Assembly (NCBI GenBank): GCA_964016885.1
Contig: OZ024740.1
Span: forward strand, 293,818,001-293,882,000
Direction: 5' to 3'
DNA length: 64,000 bases
From: Eledone cirrhosa
Taxonomy: Eukaryota
Numbering within the stretch: position 1 is the first letter of the stretch; each line of letters begins with the position of its first letter. The notes below the pieces were generated by a model. That model made no database searches, was not told the DNA's origin, and saw only the letters and a list, made by a program, of their open reading frames with translations. Shown here in pieces: positions 41,026 through 55,682 of the stretch. Position numbers and translations under genes: made by a program.

Positions 41026-42049
41026 AGCTAAATACAATGAATATGTGGTAATAGAAAAAAATATTAAAGCAATAGTGATTTACTACTATTATATCGATTT
41101 TTTCGACAAGTTTGAGAGATTACTTAGGACATGCTTCAATACTATTAGACCTACTTAGTGAAGTATTGACTTCACTATAATACTCAATGTAGTGATGGGG
41201 GAATAACAAAGTCAATGGACAAGAATGAGCACTTATTTTATTTTTACAAGTGAATAGTATCTAAATAATTTATTATTTAAATGCTATTTTTTATTTCAAC
41301 ATGAAGTGCACATATTATATATTAACTTAGTAATTCTTCCATCACTATTTCAGAAAGTACTATGAACTTGATACTTTATTGAAGAGCAATAACACAACTA
41401 ATTCTTGTCTACAGATTTGATCTGTACACAGCTACATTATCTGATGTATAATTATTTATTTAAGTTGGTTGGCTGTTATTTGAGAGGAAATTGGCTGATA
41501 TTTCTAGCAGGTCTAGTGACTATTCAGAGGCAGACTTGTATTGAGCATTGACTATATTACTAGATGGAATTTAAGAGTAATTTATACTGCTATCAGTTTT
41601 TGTTAAAAACAATTGATAAATTATATCTCCACATAATCCTAAACTTGTAAATCTATTATTGAGAGAGATAGTAGCAGTAATAGGTAAAATGTAAAACACA
41701 TTGATTCAGTGCTGTGGTGGTAGCAGAGAAGCAGTTAATAGCTACATACTAAAGAAATAGGGCAATGGATACTCTACTTAATCATAAACTTGTAAATCTA
41801 TTTTTGTTATTTGTGCAGAATAACATAAACAACCAACTTTACCCAATAGCAACAATAATAGCTATTCATATTTACTTGTATATATTCATCTTTAAAGATA
41901 AAAAGGAATGTTTGTTGTTGCTTGTGCAGTTGTGGCAAGTATTCTTTCTTGTAACTTAATACATTAGTCACATGTTGATGGTCACATCTGACAACATGAA
42001 AAATCAACTTTACCCAATAGCAACAATATTAGTTATACAAGATACTTAC

Positions 42050-42162
42050 TTGTATATATTTATCTTTAAAGACAAAAATGACTGGCTGGATACCAACCCA
42101 GATGGACAGTATACCATATTCTCGAAATTCATCTGCAATTCTCATTAGATTTTTATAAAAGT
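42050..42162 (-). CDS. CYP4V-like coding exon 2
   Basis: TTGCAG|AC...CAA|GTAAGT; 113 bp; (D)FYKNLMRIADEFREYGILSIWVGIQPVIFVFKDKYIQ, resembling CYP4 LWVGPVP region; phase 1 to 0. Not in the ORF track. Confidence 0.9.
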
Positions 42163-42849
42163 CTGCAATAGAATTGTTTAAAAGTGAGAAAACTATTCAG
42201 TCAGAAAAGTGAGAAAGGTATTCAGTTGATGAATATAAATTCAATACTTTCTTAAAATACTTATATTCAAAAGAAATATTCTGTTTAAGTTTTCAGAGGG
42301 TTGACTTTTGTGGGGAGGGAGATTATCTACAGTGGGAAAGACATTTTGAGTAAAGAGAGCCTGGTGTATAGAGTAAGCCTTGGTGGCAGTGATTCAGAGA
42401 AACAGGGGTCATTGTAATAGTTATAAAGTTGTTCGATAGAGGAGTCAGCATATCTGTAAGCTATAAATTGTTGTGTTTTGGTGTGTAAGTAATAGAATAT
42501 ATTTCTTTGGGATGTTTGTTTATGTAACAGTAACACTGTTCCAGATCTGTGAACAGTATTCTGTTATAAGAGTTATTCAAGCTTTGTGGACAATAAGCAA
42601 CTCACCAAATCACAAATGATATGAATTTACTTGTTCCATAAAGTATACAATTTTTACTGAAAGCTATAAGAGTAAGTGGAAATACATAAAAAAGGCTAAA
42701 TAATATTGAAGAGGGAACAGAAAAAAGAACAAGATATAGAAAAGATAAATTGATAGTTATTTGAGAGAAAGATTTATCAATATTTATATAAATAACAATA
42801 TTTATATATATTTATATATTTATATATTTATATAGCTCCTAAGAAAACT

Positions 42850-44280
42850 TCCACAACCCAGTGACATAGCTGGAATGAGGGGAGTAAAGGCTGCCTCTAA
42901 TAAGAAGCCCTCCTACACACCTGCTATCAAGAATGTATTTGGGGTCCTCCTCTCTTCAGAAAGATGTATCCTCATGAGGTAGAGAGAATACTTTGCTAAT
43001 CTTCCAAACCCATCACAACAACATCTTCTGATGTAAATAAGGTGCATCTTGGAGCGGCGACTAATTTCTTGGAAGTTGAGGTCACAAGAGCAGTTAAAGA
43101 GCTCAAATGTGGCAAGACTGCTGGGTAAGACAAAATCCACCCCAAGATGTTAAAAACCTTAAATAAAGAAGGTATTCTCTGACTGACTCCTGTGTTCCCA
43201 GTGGCATGGATCTCTGGAAAGGCACATAAGCAATGGCAATTCGGAGTGATAATCCCAATTTTCAAAAAGGGAGACAAGAGAAATTGTTCCTATTACAGAG
43301 GGATCTCCTTGTTAAGCCTCCCTCGTAAAGTCTATGCTATGTATCTGGCAAAGAGATGCAGGGAGATTGTTGAGTCCAAGCTAGCTGATGAATAGTGTGG
43401 TTTTTCACCCCGGACGCAGCACAGCTGACCAAATATTCACACGGCGGCAGGTTTTCGAGAAATTGTGGGAGTATATTCTTGTATTGTCAACCTTGGAAAG
43501 GCAGATGGTCGAATTCCTCTGGACATACTGTGGAAGGTTCTGCAGGAGTATGGGATTGATGGTCAGCTTCTTAGTACCCTGCTGTTTCTATATGAATGCC
43601 TGAGTATTTGTGTTTAAATAAATGGTGCTAAATCGAAACCATTCAATGTGGGAGTCAGACTCCACCAAGGGTGCATACTATCACCTCTCCTGTTCATTAT
43701 TTTCATGAACATGATTGACATATGCAGCTGGGTTAGAAGTGATATCATGACTGGTGGGTTTAAAATCAGTCGGCTGGAATTTGCAGACACCTTGGTGTTA
43801 CTTAATTTGACAGAAGATGATTTTTGACTTGCACTCAATAGGTTTGATGCCGAATGCTGCATGGCTGGATGAAAATCAGTGCTGTGAAAATTGAGACAAA
43901 CTTGCTATCTTCAATTCGGTTTTCATGCCAACCCTTACCTATGGTCATGAATCTTAGGTAATGACAAAAGAATATGATAACAAATTCAAGTGGCCGAAAT
44001 AGGATTCCTCTGAAGTGTCTTTGAAGTAACGTTACTTGATAAAGTGCATATCTCAGGGATCAGAGAGTCACTCCTGGTAGAGCTGCTACTTCTCTGAATT
44101 GAAATTTCACAGCTGCGATTCTATGGGCCCGTGGTTAGAATGACTGAGACAAGAATTGCTGGACAGATTTTACAGGCAAAACCAACTGGCAAGAGACCCT
44201 GGGGTAGAACCTGAGCAAGATGGTTGGATAATATCCCTCAGCTTGGCTGGACTTACTTGGGGATCCAGCCAGATCATGAG
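42850..44280 (+). mobile_element. Degenerate RTE LINE of a different subfamily
   Basis: IIPIFKKGDKRNCSYYRGISLLSLP, PGRSTADQIFT and GVRLHQGCILSPLLF with many stops. Confidence 0.85.
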
Positions 44281-44559
44281 AGGGGGGGGGGGTCATCTGG
44301 TATTTTGTTTCGGGCCCAAGAGCTATGAAAGCCCCATAGCAAACATGTAACTTCCAAGGGGTCTTGTACCACCTTGAAAAATTTCTCTTGGGGGCCCTGC
44401 TTCTTACAGGATCTGTAGAAAGAAGAAGAAGAAGAAGAAGAAGAAGAAGAAGAAGAAGAAGAAGAAGAAGAAGACATTTGTAGCCTATTACGGGAAATAT
44501 TTCGATCAGAAGGCAGTTGTATAAGAGATGGTCTTTCACAACAATATCTAAGGCCAACT

Positions 44560-45345
44560 TAGACTCTCTTTTCAATCAGTCTGATCAGTTCCCAAGGTGG
44601 TGCCTACAGTCTGCTAGCATCAAATACTCAGGTGACAGAGTTGATGCCCTACCCATGGCTAACATAGTGGCCTACTCAGCTTAGAAGAGCTTTGTGTCTC
44701 CATTCCCCTCAGAGTGGGAGCCAAAGTATGTATGGGTCTGAAATGTCGGTGTGGTCAGCTCCTCGACTCCACAGGCCTTCACTGACTATCTTGCCACCTG
44801 AATGGGTGTCACACTGAGCTAAACCTTATCATCAAGAGAGCTTTGGCCTGGGCAAACTTCCCCTCAAATCTGGGTCGTCCAGAATTAATGGGAAAAAGCC
44901 TGACAGTCTTACCTTGTGGCTCAGGTCAAGAGGCAGGTGCCTTATCTGGGAAGTCACAGTTAGTGACTCTTTTGCATCGTCCCTCATCCTGGATGCAGCG
45001 GTAAGGGTGAGAGCTACTGGATCTGCAGCCAGACGGAATAAAATCCTAAAATGCTGTGATCTGTCGGCTGACTACATTTTCCAGGCAATGGCATTCGAGA
45101 CATTTGGGGAAGTTGGGCTGCTAAGTGCAAGGTTCTTGCCCTCACTGGCGTTTTTCCTAACCAAGGTAACTGGTGATGCTCGTGAAGGTGCTTGGATGTT
45201 CCAGTGCATCAGCTTCACCACACCCAAGGTAGCGCAGTAAGCATTCTGGCTTGCCTCAAAAATTGCTGCCAGTACAAAAGATAACGCTCTTCGCAATAGC
45301 GTTATCTTTTGTACTAGCAGCAATTTGTTTGTCACCTACCTTTTG
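44560..45345 (+). mobile_element. CRE-like non-LTR element remnant (restriction-like endonuclease)
   Basis: NGKKPDSLTLWLRSRGRCLIWEVTVSDSFA..YIFQAMAFETFG resembles the CRE-clade GKRPDGLT..W..G..LVWD.T..FAVETLG pattern. Confidence 0.65.
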
Positions 45346-45699
45346 TTGGATATGATCCTAGATGTGTGTATTACCAGCTTGTGTGTTTTTTCTTTTGTGT
45401 GTTTTTTCCATTCCCCTTTCTTTTCTTTTTTTTTCTCTTTATTTATGATATTATGATAACGGTTAAGTTGACATTACAAATTGTTTATAATTCATGTTCA
45501 AAATGTTGCCAACAGATTGTAAAATTACAGCCAATTACAACATTTTATCATGCTGATATAAACTTTTATGCAGCCTAGAAAATGTTGTGCAATGATTACA
45601 TGAAATTACATACCCCCTTGACAATTCAGTATAATATTTTTGACCTGCTAAAATATTTAAGAAAGAAATAGTGTTATTGCACAAATTACATACAACAAA

Positions 45700-48560
45700 A
45701 AAGTGTTTTAAAGATCATTTCATCTGCTAAAAATGAACTAGCCTTGCTAGCCTCGTGGCAATCTTCTATATTTTGCTCTATTTGCCTACATTTCCCTTCA
45801 TCAAATTCTTGGCTTTTATTTCCTATTCTAAGATCTCCAGCCATATTTTTCTTGATCTTCCACTTTCTTTGCATTCTTCTAAATTCCTTTTAATCATTTT
45901 TCTCATCCAGCCATTTTCATCTTTACTCCAAACGTGATCCAACCATCTCAATCCATTTTTCTTAAAAACATTCACCACAGGCTCTATTCCCATCATTCTC
46001 TACTATTCATTGTTTATCTTCTTCTCTCTCAGTGATACTTTACATCCACCAAACCATTCTTATTTCCATTCCTTCCACTCTCCTTTGCTGCTCCACATTC
46101 ATCACCCAAGTCTTGCTCCTATAAGTCATAGAACTTCTTGTCATGCAGCATACACTTTTCCCTTCAGTTTCAGAGACATTCCTCTCTTCAATATCATGCT
46201 ACTCAATTCCTAAAACTTCTTCCATATACATCTCAATCGCGATGTTGTTGCCAAGTCTGATCCTCCTTTTCATTCAACATGTTTCTTAGGTAACAAACTG
46301 TTTTCATATTTTCTACCTTCACACCATTCCCAATAACAAGCAGGATATCTGTAGCGCCCTCCATACACAGTTTACACTTAAATGTAGCTGTTATATTATT
46401 TAATAATAGCTTCACCACATTTGTTTTATGTATTCACCCAATGCCTATAATACATTTAATTAAGTTCATTCTAATTCCTTTCCTGCACACCACATACTGT
46501 CACATTCTTGTATTTTCTATCTCACTAAATGTTTTAGCACTTACCATCACCTTTGTTTGCAATTGTCACCTTCAAACCATTTGCCTCCAAACATTCCTTC
46601 CGCCTATTCATCTTCTCTCTCAGTCCATCCATACTCTCTGCCATGAACACTAGATCGTCTGCATAGAGTAACTCTCATGGTAAGCCCTCCTTTACAATGT
46701 TGGTTTATACATCTATTACAACTACAAATAACAGTGGATGTAATACTGACCCTTCAACCTTCACTTCAAAGGTGTCACAGTTCCCTTCCTTCTTCCTTAT
46801 GACTGTATATACTATCTTATATATTGTCATCACTACTCTAAGCAATCATTCTTCCATTCCTAACAATCTCAATGCCCATGTCACTACTTCACATGAACTC
46901 CATTGAAAGCTTTGTCCAGATCAACAAGCCACCAAAACAAATTATTCCCCTTGTTTCTGTAATTGCCTCAGAATAAAAGTTGCATCAGTTTTTCCTTTTC
47001 CCTGGCACAAATCTAATCTGCATTTCATCAGTCTTCACTTCTTTCTTTAACCTCTTCTCCACCACTTTTTCTACTTCATTTCAGTTTCAAACAACTTAAT
47101 TGCTCTATATGAGCCACAGTTGTGTGGATTGCCTTTCCTCTTGAACAAAGGGATGAAAATACTCAACTCCCAATCTATTGCAATACAGTCTTCTTTCACC
47201 ACCAACGTACAGTCGCCCTATTTGCCACAACTACATGCTGTTTTTAGCATATCTCCTACAATAGTTGGTCCTGCTGTTTCCCTACACAATCTTTCTGGAT
47301 GCTTCTAAGACTTCTTTCAACTCTGTTGGTTTGAGAACTGAATTTCTTTCTATGTTACCATTCCATCCATCCCCCACATTCTACAACCTCTCCATATATC
47401 TCTTCTACCTTATTTCCATTTGGTTCTATAACAATTTGTCCTACTTCATCCTTCAAGCAGCTCAACCCGGTCACATCATATCTCCATCTTGTAAATTTCT
47501 CTGTAAACTTGCTCTGAATAATTTCATTCTCTAAATATTTGTCTGCTTCCACTTCTTTCATTGCAGACGTTTTGGCTGCCTTGTAATTCTGATGAACTTA
47601 ACTACCTCTTCTGATGCCATATTTTCTGCTCTCTGCTATTCTCTGAATCTTACTCTTTTTCCATAAGTCCTCTTTCTAACTTAATCATCCTTCCTCCATG
47701 TTTCCAAATGTCTTTGTAGTTCTCTTGTCCAACCAAACATATCACCAACAGCTCCTAAAAAATTATATTTTGGAGACTTCTAAACGTTTTCAAGTTCATT
47801 CGTGTCATTTGCTGACAAAACACATTTTCTCTCTTTGAGCCTCTCTTACTGTTGTCTCTTTTAACCTCCACACCTTCAGCCTTGGTTGATATTTCTTCTA
47901 CTCAGCTCTTTTCCCACTTTTCACCTGAAATGTTATAGATAACTAGATGGTGCTGTGTAGCAACCTCCTTTCCTGGAATGACCTTTGTAACATGAAGGTA
48001 CCTTCTATCTTGCTCATATGCTACCAGATAGTTGACAGTTGATAACACTTTATGTCTATGTAGCAAGTTTATTGTCTTTTTTCTGGAATTGGGTGTTAGA
48101 TTGACATATTAAGTCTATCAGCAAATTATAAAATCCTTTCTTTGTTGCACACCAAAATTTGTCTTTCTGTTCAACATCCTGACAGTCTTGAGGGGCATAT
48201 CCTGATATGATATTCACTAAGAACTTTCCAATCACCAGTTTCACCATCATCAACTGTTCACTCAATATCATCATACACCATACTGTCTAGAAAACTACAG
48301 AAATTAAGACACCAACACCATGTACACCTTCTGGACACTCTTGCTATACAAATTTCTACTTTTGTCTTGGTTTTTTCCTCAACATTCACAAACCACTCCA
48401 CTTCCATTATGTCTTCTTCACACAACATATATCCACTCTTCTTCTATTCTGTGCCTCCATCATTCCCCCCAATCTTCCTGCCATCACATCCCTATTTTCT
48501 ATGTCACAAAATTCATATATTGGTCTCCACAATTGACACCAAACATCTGACCATCATAAA
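45700..48560 (-). mobile_element. Old, highly degenerate RTE LINE
   Basis: Remnants NIISGYAPQ (endonuclease), VATQHHLV, PGKGKTDATFIL and YADDLV on the minus strand. Confidence 0.8.
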
Positions 48561-49239
48561 TGACTTGAACTCAGTGTCTATCTAGTTTAGAATAGATACA
48601 TCTATCTCTGGTATTGTAAGAGGCAACTAAAAGAGTTGGTGACAGGGAGGGCATCTGGTCATAAAACACTGTCTCAAAAAGGATCTCATGATGAGTATGA
48701 TAATTACATAAATTACATCTAAGTTTATAATTTATTCATCTATTTCTTCCATTGGTATAATGTTTTTAATGAAATATATAGAAATATCAACTACATTTTT
48801 CTCAAATTATACACTAATATCCAGAAAGATGAAAACATAAATTGTATAATGTCATCATAATCAAAATCATTTTTACATCCATTCTTCCATGTTTGCATGG
48901 TCTGGCCTGATTTTTTACAGCCCAGAGGGGTTCAGTATTTTGAGATTAAACATAACACCTTTGCCCAGGTCTTCCTTGCTCTTATTCTATTGTAGATCAT
49001 TTGCTACTTCTTCATACAATGGTCATCATCCATGTACATCATGTGTCTATACCTGTGTAATCTTCTCTCATTGTTCACTTCATCTGATTCAACTTATGCC
49101 CAGTTGTTCTGTCAGCTGATCCATGTGTTCCTGTTCCTGCACATTAACATTAATCATCCATTGGAGCATGTGGAACTAATTTCAGTCCAGACTTCACATA
49201 TCATCTGCATTCACTGTATGTCTCACTTCTATAAAATAT

Positions 49240-52200
49240 CATACTTTACATACAGACATCATAGACTGTATATCTCACTACTACATTACCATACAACATC
49301 ACACTTCACATACAGACATCATAGACTGTATATCTCACTACTACACTACCATACAACATCACACTTCACATACAGACATCATAGACTGTATATCTCACTA
49401 CTACACTACCATACAACATCACACTTCACATACAGACATCATAGACTGTATATCTCACTACTACACTACCATACAACATCACACTTCACATACAGACATC
49501 ATAGACTGTATATCTCACTACTACATTACCATACAACATCACACTTCACATACAGACATCATAGACTGCATATCTCACTACTACACTACCATACAACATC
49601 ACACTTCACATACAGACATCATAGACTGTATATCTCACTACTATACTACCATACAACATCACACTTCACATACAGACATCATAGAGACTATATCTCACTA
49701 CCATACAACATCACACTTCACATACAGACATCATAGTCTGTATATCTCACTACCATACATCATCACACTTCACATACAGACATCATAGACTGCATATCTC
49801 ACTACTACACTACCATACAACATCACACTTCACATACAGACATCATAGACTGTATATCTCACTACTACACTACCATAGAATATCACACTTCACATACAGA
49901 CATCATAGACTGTATATCTCACTACCATACAACATCACACTTCACATACAGACATCATAAACTCTATATATCATTACCATACATCACACTTCACATACAG
50001 ACACCATAGTCTGTATGTCTCACTACTATACACCATCACACTTCACATACAGACATCATAGACTGTATATCTCACTACTACACTACCATACAACATCACA
50101 CTTCACATACAGACATCATAGACTTATAGTGAGGATTACTGGTTGTATGAATGTAACAAAACGAGACAATGTTTGTGTATATAATATTTAATTAACGGTA
50201 GATAGAATACTTGACATGTCAAAGATAGATGTTAGAATGAAACAAAGTTAGTAGTTACCGTTTTGATTGCCAGGCAAACGCGGCTGGCAGAGGGCGCCTG
50301 GCTAAGGCCAGGCGCCTGTTGGCCAAATTAATGGCAGAGCCAAATGAGAAGACTCTTGACCTGGTGCCGAAAAGGCAAAGAGAGAAAGGAAGCTTAAAGT
50401 TGTTAGTTTTATAGGGCTCTGACCGGAAGTTGCAGAAAGGGTTCCACTTCCCGTCTAGATCCTAATCAAAACAAGGGAGACAACCGCTACATAACCTCCC
50501 GCCAGAATTTTAGTGGATAAAAATCGAAATGAAAACATGTAGCAAGTTGGCGAGAATGTTGTAACAGGCATGAAAATTACGACAAAAGAATGTTTGGAAA
50601 AATCAATGATAGATATCAAGGTAGCCAACCGCTCTTGGCCAGAGAACGACTGGACATCCATCTATCCATCACCCAAAGATACAATGTAATAAAGTAAAAG
50701 TAATAGAAGAGCTCAAAGTTCAAAATATAGTTCACAGGTGTGCAATCACATGACAGCAGGAAAGAAAGTGTGTTCCAGAGAATGAATGCAGGTGGTTTCT
50801 GTTCTGTGGTATATCGTGAAATTTCCAACCTCCGAATGGATTTTCTCACAGGAAGAGTGCTGCAAAAATAAATTCTCTGGCTTTGGTGAAGCTGTATTGA
50901 TGTATTGCTGTTGCTGTTATATTGCTGTTGCTGCTGCTGTTGTCTCGCTGAGTGAGCGTATTCGGTGTTTAAATTCACAGTAAAAAAATTTTTTTTTTTA
51001 GAAAAAAATGAGTTGCGCAAAGTGCTAGAAATAGCAGCCGAAGTTGATGGTCGATGTTGAGAATGCGTTGACCTGGAAGGGTCAAGAGGCCAGCGACCAG
51101 AGAAATAAGCATTCTTAATAAATGCGCGGTTATCAACGGTAAATTTACATTGTAAATTTATAAACCGGCAAATAGAAGAATATAGCTTAAGGCTGAAGAA
51201 TCCTTGGGGGAGAAATGCTATCTCTGGCGTGCGGCTGTCTGTGCGTAGAGACATCTCAGTGAATCGAGAATTTATGCTGCCTACACGTGCCAATACAAGG
51301 TTGAAAAAAAATATTTCTAACGCGCGAGAAAATGATAGTGCAATTTTGAAAGTGACAATGATGAAAAAGAAAGGCTTCAATCAGCATAATTATAGGTGTG
51401 AACCTTGGAAAAAAACAAAAAACTTGAACGATGAAGAAAACGAAGAACAAAAGGCAATGGTTCATCGAAAATAAATGTTCCTGTTGAAATGTTTTTTAAA
51501 GAATATCAAATTTCTTTTTTTTTTTTTGTGTTTTGAAAGAGTTCGTTGTAAGAAACGAGAAACATATATATATATCGTGAAATGTTTTTTTTTTTTTTTG
51601 AAAGTGTTCGTTGTAAGAAACGAGAAACATATATATATATATTGGTGAAATGCGACAGTTAATTGATGCGTGAGAGAAAAAGTATGTCTGTGCGAATTCC
51701 ACATGTGCGTGTGTGCGTGTCCTTGAGTATTTTCATAGTTTGTCGCTAAATTTGCTGTGTATTCGTAATGTTACTCACAAAACCAGATGTGCTATTTTTT
51801 TATTTTTTTGGGGGGTGACCACTTATAGCGATGAACGGCTGCGTGTTCGTATCACGTCAGGGTTACCAATATAAGGGGGTTTACTGGGTGTATGAATGTA
51901 ACAAAACGAGACAATGTTTGTGTATATAATATTTAATTAACGGTAGATAGAATACTTGACATGTCAAAGATAGATGTTAGAATGAAACAAAGTTAGTAGT
52001 TACCGTTTTGATTGCCAGGCAAACGCGGCTGGCAGAGGGCGCCCGGCTAAGGCCAAGCGCCTGTTGGCCAAATTAATGGCAGAGCCAAATGAGAGGCTCT
52101 TCGACCTGGTGCCGAAAAGGCAAAGAGAGGAAGGAAGCTTAAAGTTGTTAGTTTTATAGGGCTCTGACCGGAAGTCGCAGAAAGGGTTCCACCTCCCGTC

Positions 52201-55200
52201 TAGATCCCAATCAAAACAAGGGAGACAACCGCTACAGACTGTATATCTCACTACCATACAACATCACACTTCACATACAGACATCATAGACTGTATATCT
52301 CACTACTACATTACCATACAACATCATACTTCACATACAGACATCATAGACTGTATATCTCACTACTACACTACCATACAACATCATACTTCACATACAG
52401 ACATCATAGACTGTATATCTCACTACCATACAACATCACACTTCACATACAGACATCATAGACTGTATATCTCATTACTACACTACCATACAACATCATA
52501 CTTCACATACAGACATCATAGACTGTATATCTCACAACCATACAACATCACACTTCACATACAGACATCATAGACTGTATATCTCACCACTACACTACCA
52601 TACAACATCACACTTCACATACAGACATCATAGACTGTATATCTCACTACCATACAACATCACACTTCACATACAGACATCATAGACTGTATATCTCACT
52701 ACCATACAACATCACACTTCACATACAGACATCATAGACTGTATATCTCACTACTACATTACCATACAACATCACACTTCACATACAGACATCATAGACT
52801 GTATATCTCAATACTACATTACCATACAACATCAACTTCACATACAGACATCATAGACTGTATATCTCACTACTACACTACCATACAACATCATACTTCA
52901 CATACAGACATCATAGACTGTATATCTCACCACTACACTACCATACAACATCACACTTCACATACAGACATCATAGACTGTATATCTCACTACCATACAA
53001 CATCACACTTCACATACAGACATCATAGACTGTATATCTCACTACTACATTACCATACAACATCATACTTCACATACAGACATCATAGACTGTATATCTC
53101 ACTACCATACAACATCACACTTCACATACAGACATCATAGACTGTATATCTCATTACTACACTACCATACAACATCATACTTCACATACAGACATCATAG
53201 ACTGTATATCTCACTACCATACAACATCACACTTCACATACAGACATCATAGACTGTATATCTCACTACTACACTACCATACAACATCATACTTCACATA
53301 CAGACATCATAGACTGTATATCTCACCACTACACTACCATACAACATCACACTTCACATACAGACATCATAGACTCTATATCTCACTACCATACAACATC
53401 ACACTTCACATACAGACATCATAGACTGTATATCTCACTACTACATTACCATACAACATCATACTTCACATACAGACATCATAGACTGTATATCTCACTA
53501 CTACACTACCATACAACATCATACTTCACATACAGACATCATAGACTGTATATCTCACTACCATACAACATCACATTTCACATACAGACATCATAGACTG
53601 TATATCTCACTACTACACTACCATACAATATCATACTTCACATACAGACATCATAGACTGTATATCTCACTACTACACTACCATACAACATCACACTTCA
53701 CATACAGACATCATAGACTGTATATCTCACTACTACACTACCATACAACATCACACTTCACATACAGACATCATAGACTGTATATCTCACTACTACATTA
53801 CCATACAACATCACACTTCACATACAGACATCATAGTCTGTATATCTCACTACTACACTACCATACAACATCACACTTCACATACAGACATCATAGACTT
53901 TATATCTCACTACTACATTACCATACAACATCACACTTCACATACAGACATCATAGACTGTATATCTCACTACTACATTACCATACAACATCACACTTCA
54001 CATACAGACATCATAGACTGTATATCTCACTACTGCACTACCATACAACATCACACTTCACATACAGACATCATAGACTGTATATCTCACTACTACATTA
54101 CCATACAACATCACACTTCACATACAGACATCATAGCCTGTATATCTCACTACTACATTACCATACAACATCATACTTCACATACAGACATCATAGACTG
54201 TATATCTCACTACTACACTACCATACAACATCATACTTCGCATACAGACATCATAGACTGTATATCTCACTACCATACAACATCACACTTCACATACAGA
54301 CATCATAGACTGTATATCTCATTACTACACTACCATACAACATCATACTTCACATACAGACATCATAGACTGTATATCTCCCTACCATACAACATCACAC
54401 TTCACATACAGACATCATAGACTGTATATCTCACCACTACACTACCATACAACATCACACTTCACATACAGACATCATAGACTGTATATCTCACTACCAT
54501 ACAACATCACACTTCACATACAGACATCATAGACTGTATATCTCACTACTACATTACCATACAACATCATACTTCACATACAGACATCATAGACTGTATA
54601 TCTCACTACTACACTACCATACAACATCATACTTCACATACAGACATCATAGACTGTATATCTCACTACCATACAACATCACACTTCACATACAGACATC
54701 ATAGACTGTATATCTCACTACTACACTACCATACAACATCACACTTCACATACAGACATCATAGACTGTATATCTCACTACTACACTACCATACAACATC
54801 ACACTTCACATACAGACATCATAGACTGTATATCTCACTACTACATTACCATACAACATCACACTTCACATACAGACATCATAGTCTGTATATCTCACTA
54901 CTACACTACCATACAACATCACACTTCACATACAGACATCATAGACTTTATATCTCACTACTACATTACCATACAACATCACACTTCACATACAGACATC
55001 ATAGACTGTATATCTCACTACTACATTACCATACAACATCACACTTCACATACAGACATCATAGACTGTATATCTCACTACTGCACTACCATACAACATC
55101 ACACTTCACATACATACATCATAGACTGTATATCTCACTACTACACTACCATACAACATCACACTTCACATACAGACATCATAGACTGTATATCTCACTA

Positions 55201-55682
55201 CCATACAACATCACACTTCACATACAGACATCATAGACTGTATATCTCACTACCATACAACATCACACTTCACATACAGACATCATAGACTGTATATCTC
55301 ACTACTACACTACCATACAACATCACACTTCACATACAGACATCATAGACTGTATATCTCACTACTACATTACCATACAATATCACAGTTCACATACAGA
55401 CATCATAGACTGTATATCTCACTACTACACTACCATACAACATCACACTTCACATACTGACATCATAAACTGTATATCTCACTACCATACAACATCACAC
55501 TTCACATACAGACATCATAGACTGTATATCTCACTACTACATTACCATACAACATCACACTTCACATTCAGACATCATAGACTGTATATCTCACTACTAC
55601 ACTACCATACAACATCACACTTCACATACTGACATCATAAACTCTATGTCTTACTACCATACAACATCACACTTCACATACA
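49240..55682. repeat. Tandem satellite of 60-bp and 52-bp monomers, interrupted at 50125-52236
   Basis: Unit CATACAGACATCATAGACTGTATATCTCACTA[CTACACTA]CCATACAACATCACACTTCA; about 4.3 kb of repeat, roughly 75 monomers. Confidence 0.97.
50125..52236 (-). mobile_element. Short non-autonomous LTR retrotransposon (Gypsy-like)
   Basis: Direct repeats 50125-50491 and 51824-52236; minus-strand termini TGTAGCG...CGCTATA; 4-bp TSD GACT at 50121-50124 and 52237-52240; PBS-like TGGTCACCCC at 51821-51812; PPT-like GGCGGGAGG beside the left LTR; 1.33 kb interior with no intact gag/pol. Confidence 0.88.

Noticed and set aside
49032-49736. 234-aa His/Tyr-rich repeat protein ORF
   Set aside because: It is the 60-bp satellite read in a stop-free frame; the frame breaks at the first 52-bp unit.
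50616-51380. 254-aa ORF inside the LTR element as a functional gene
   Set aside because: No ATG start, low-complexity tracts and no intact gag, protease, RT or integrase motifs; at most a decayed integrase tail.
49240-55682. CRISPR-like array
   Set aside because: Units are contiguous tandem monomers with no unique spacers, there are no cas genes, and the context is a eukaryotic intron.
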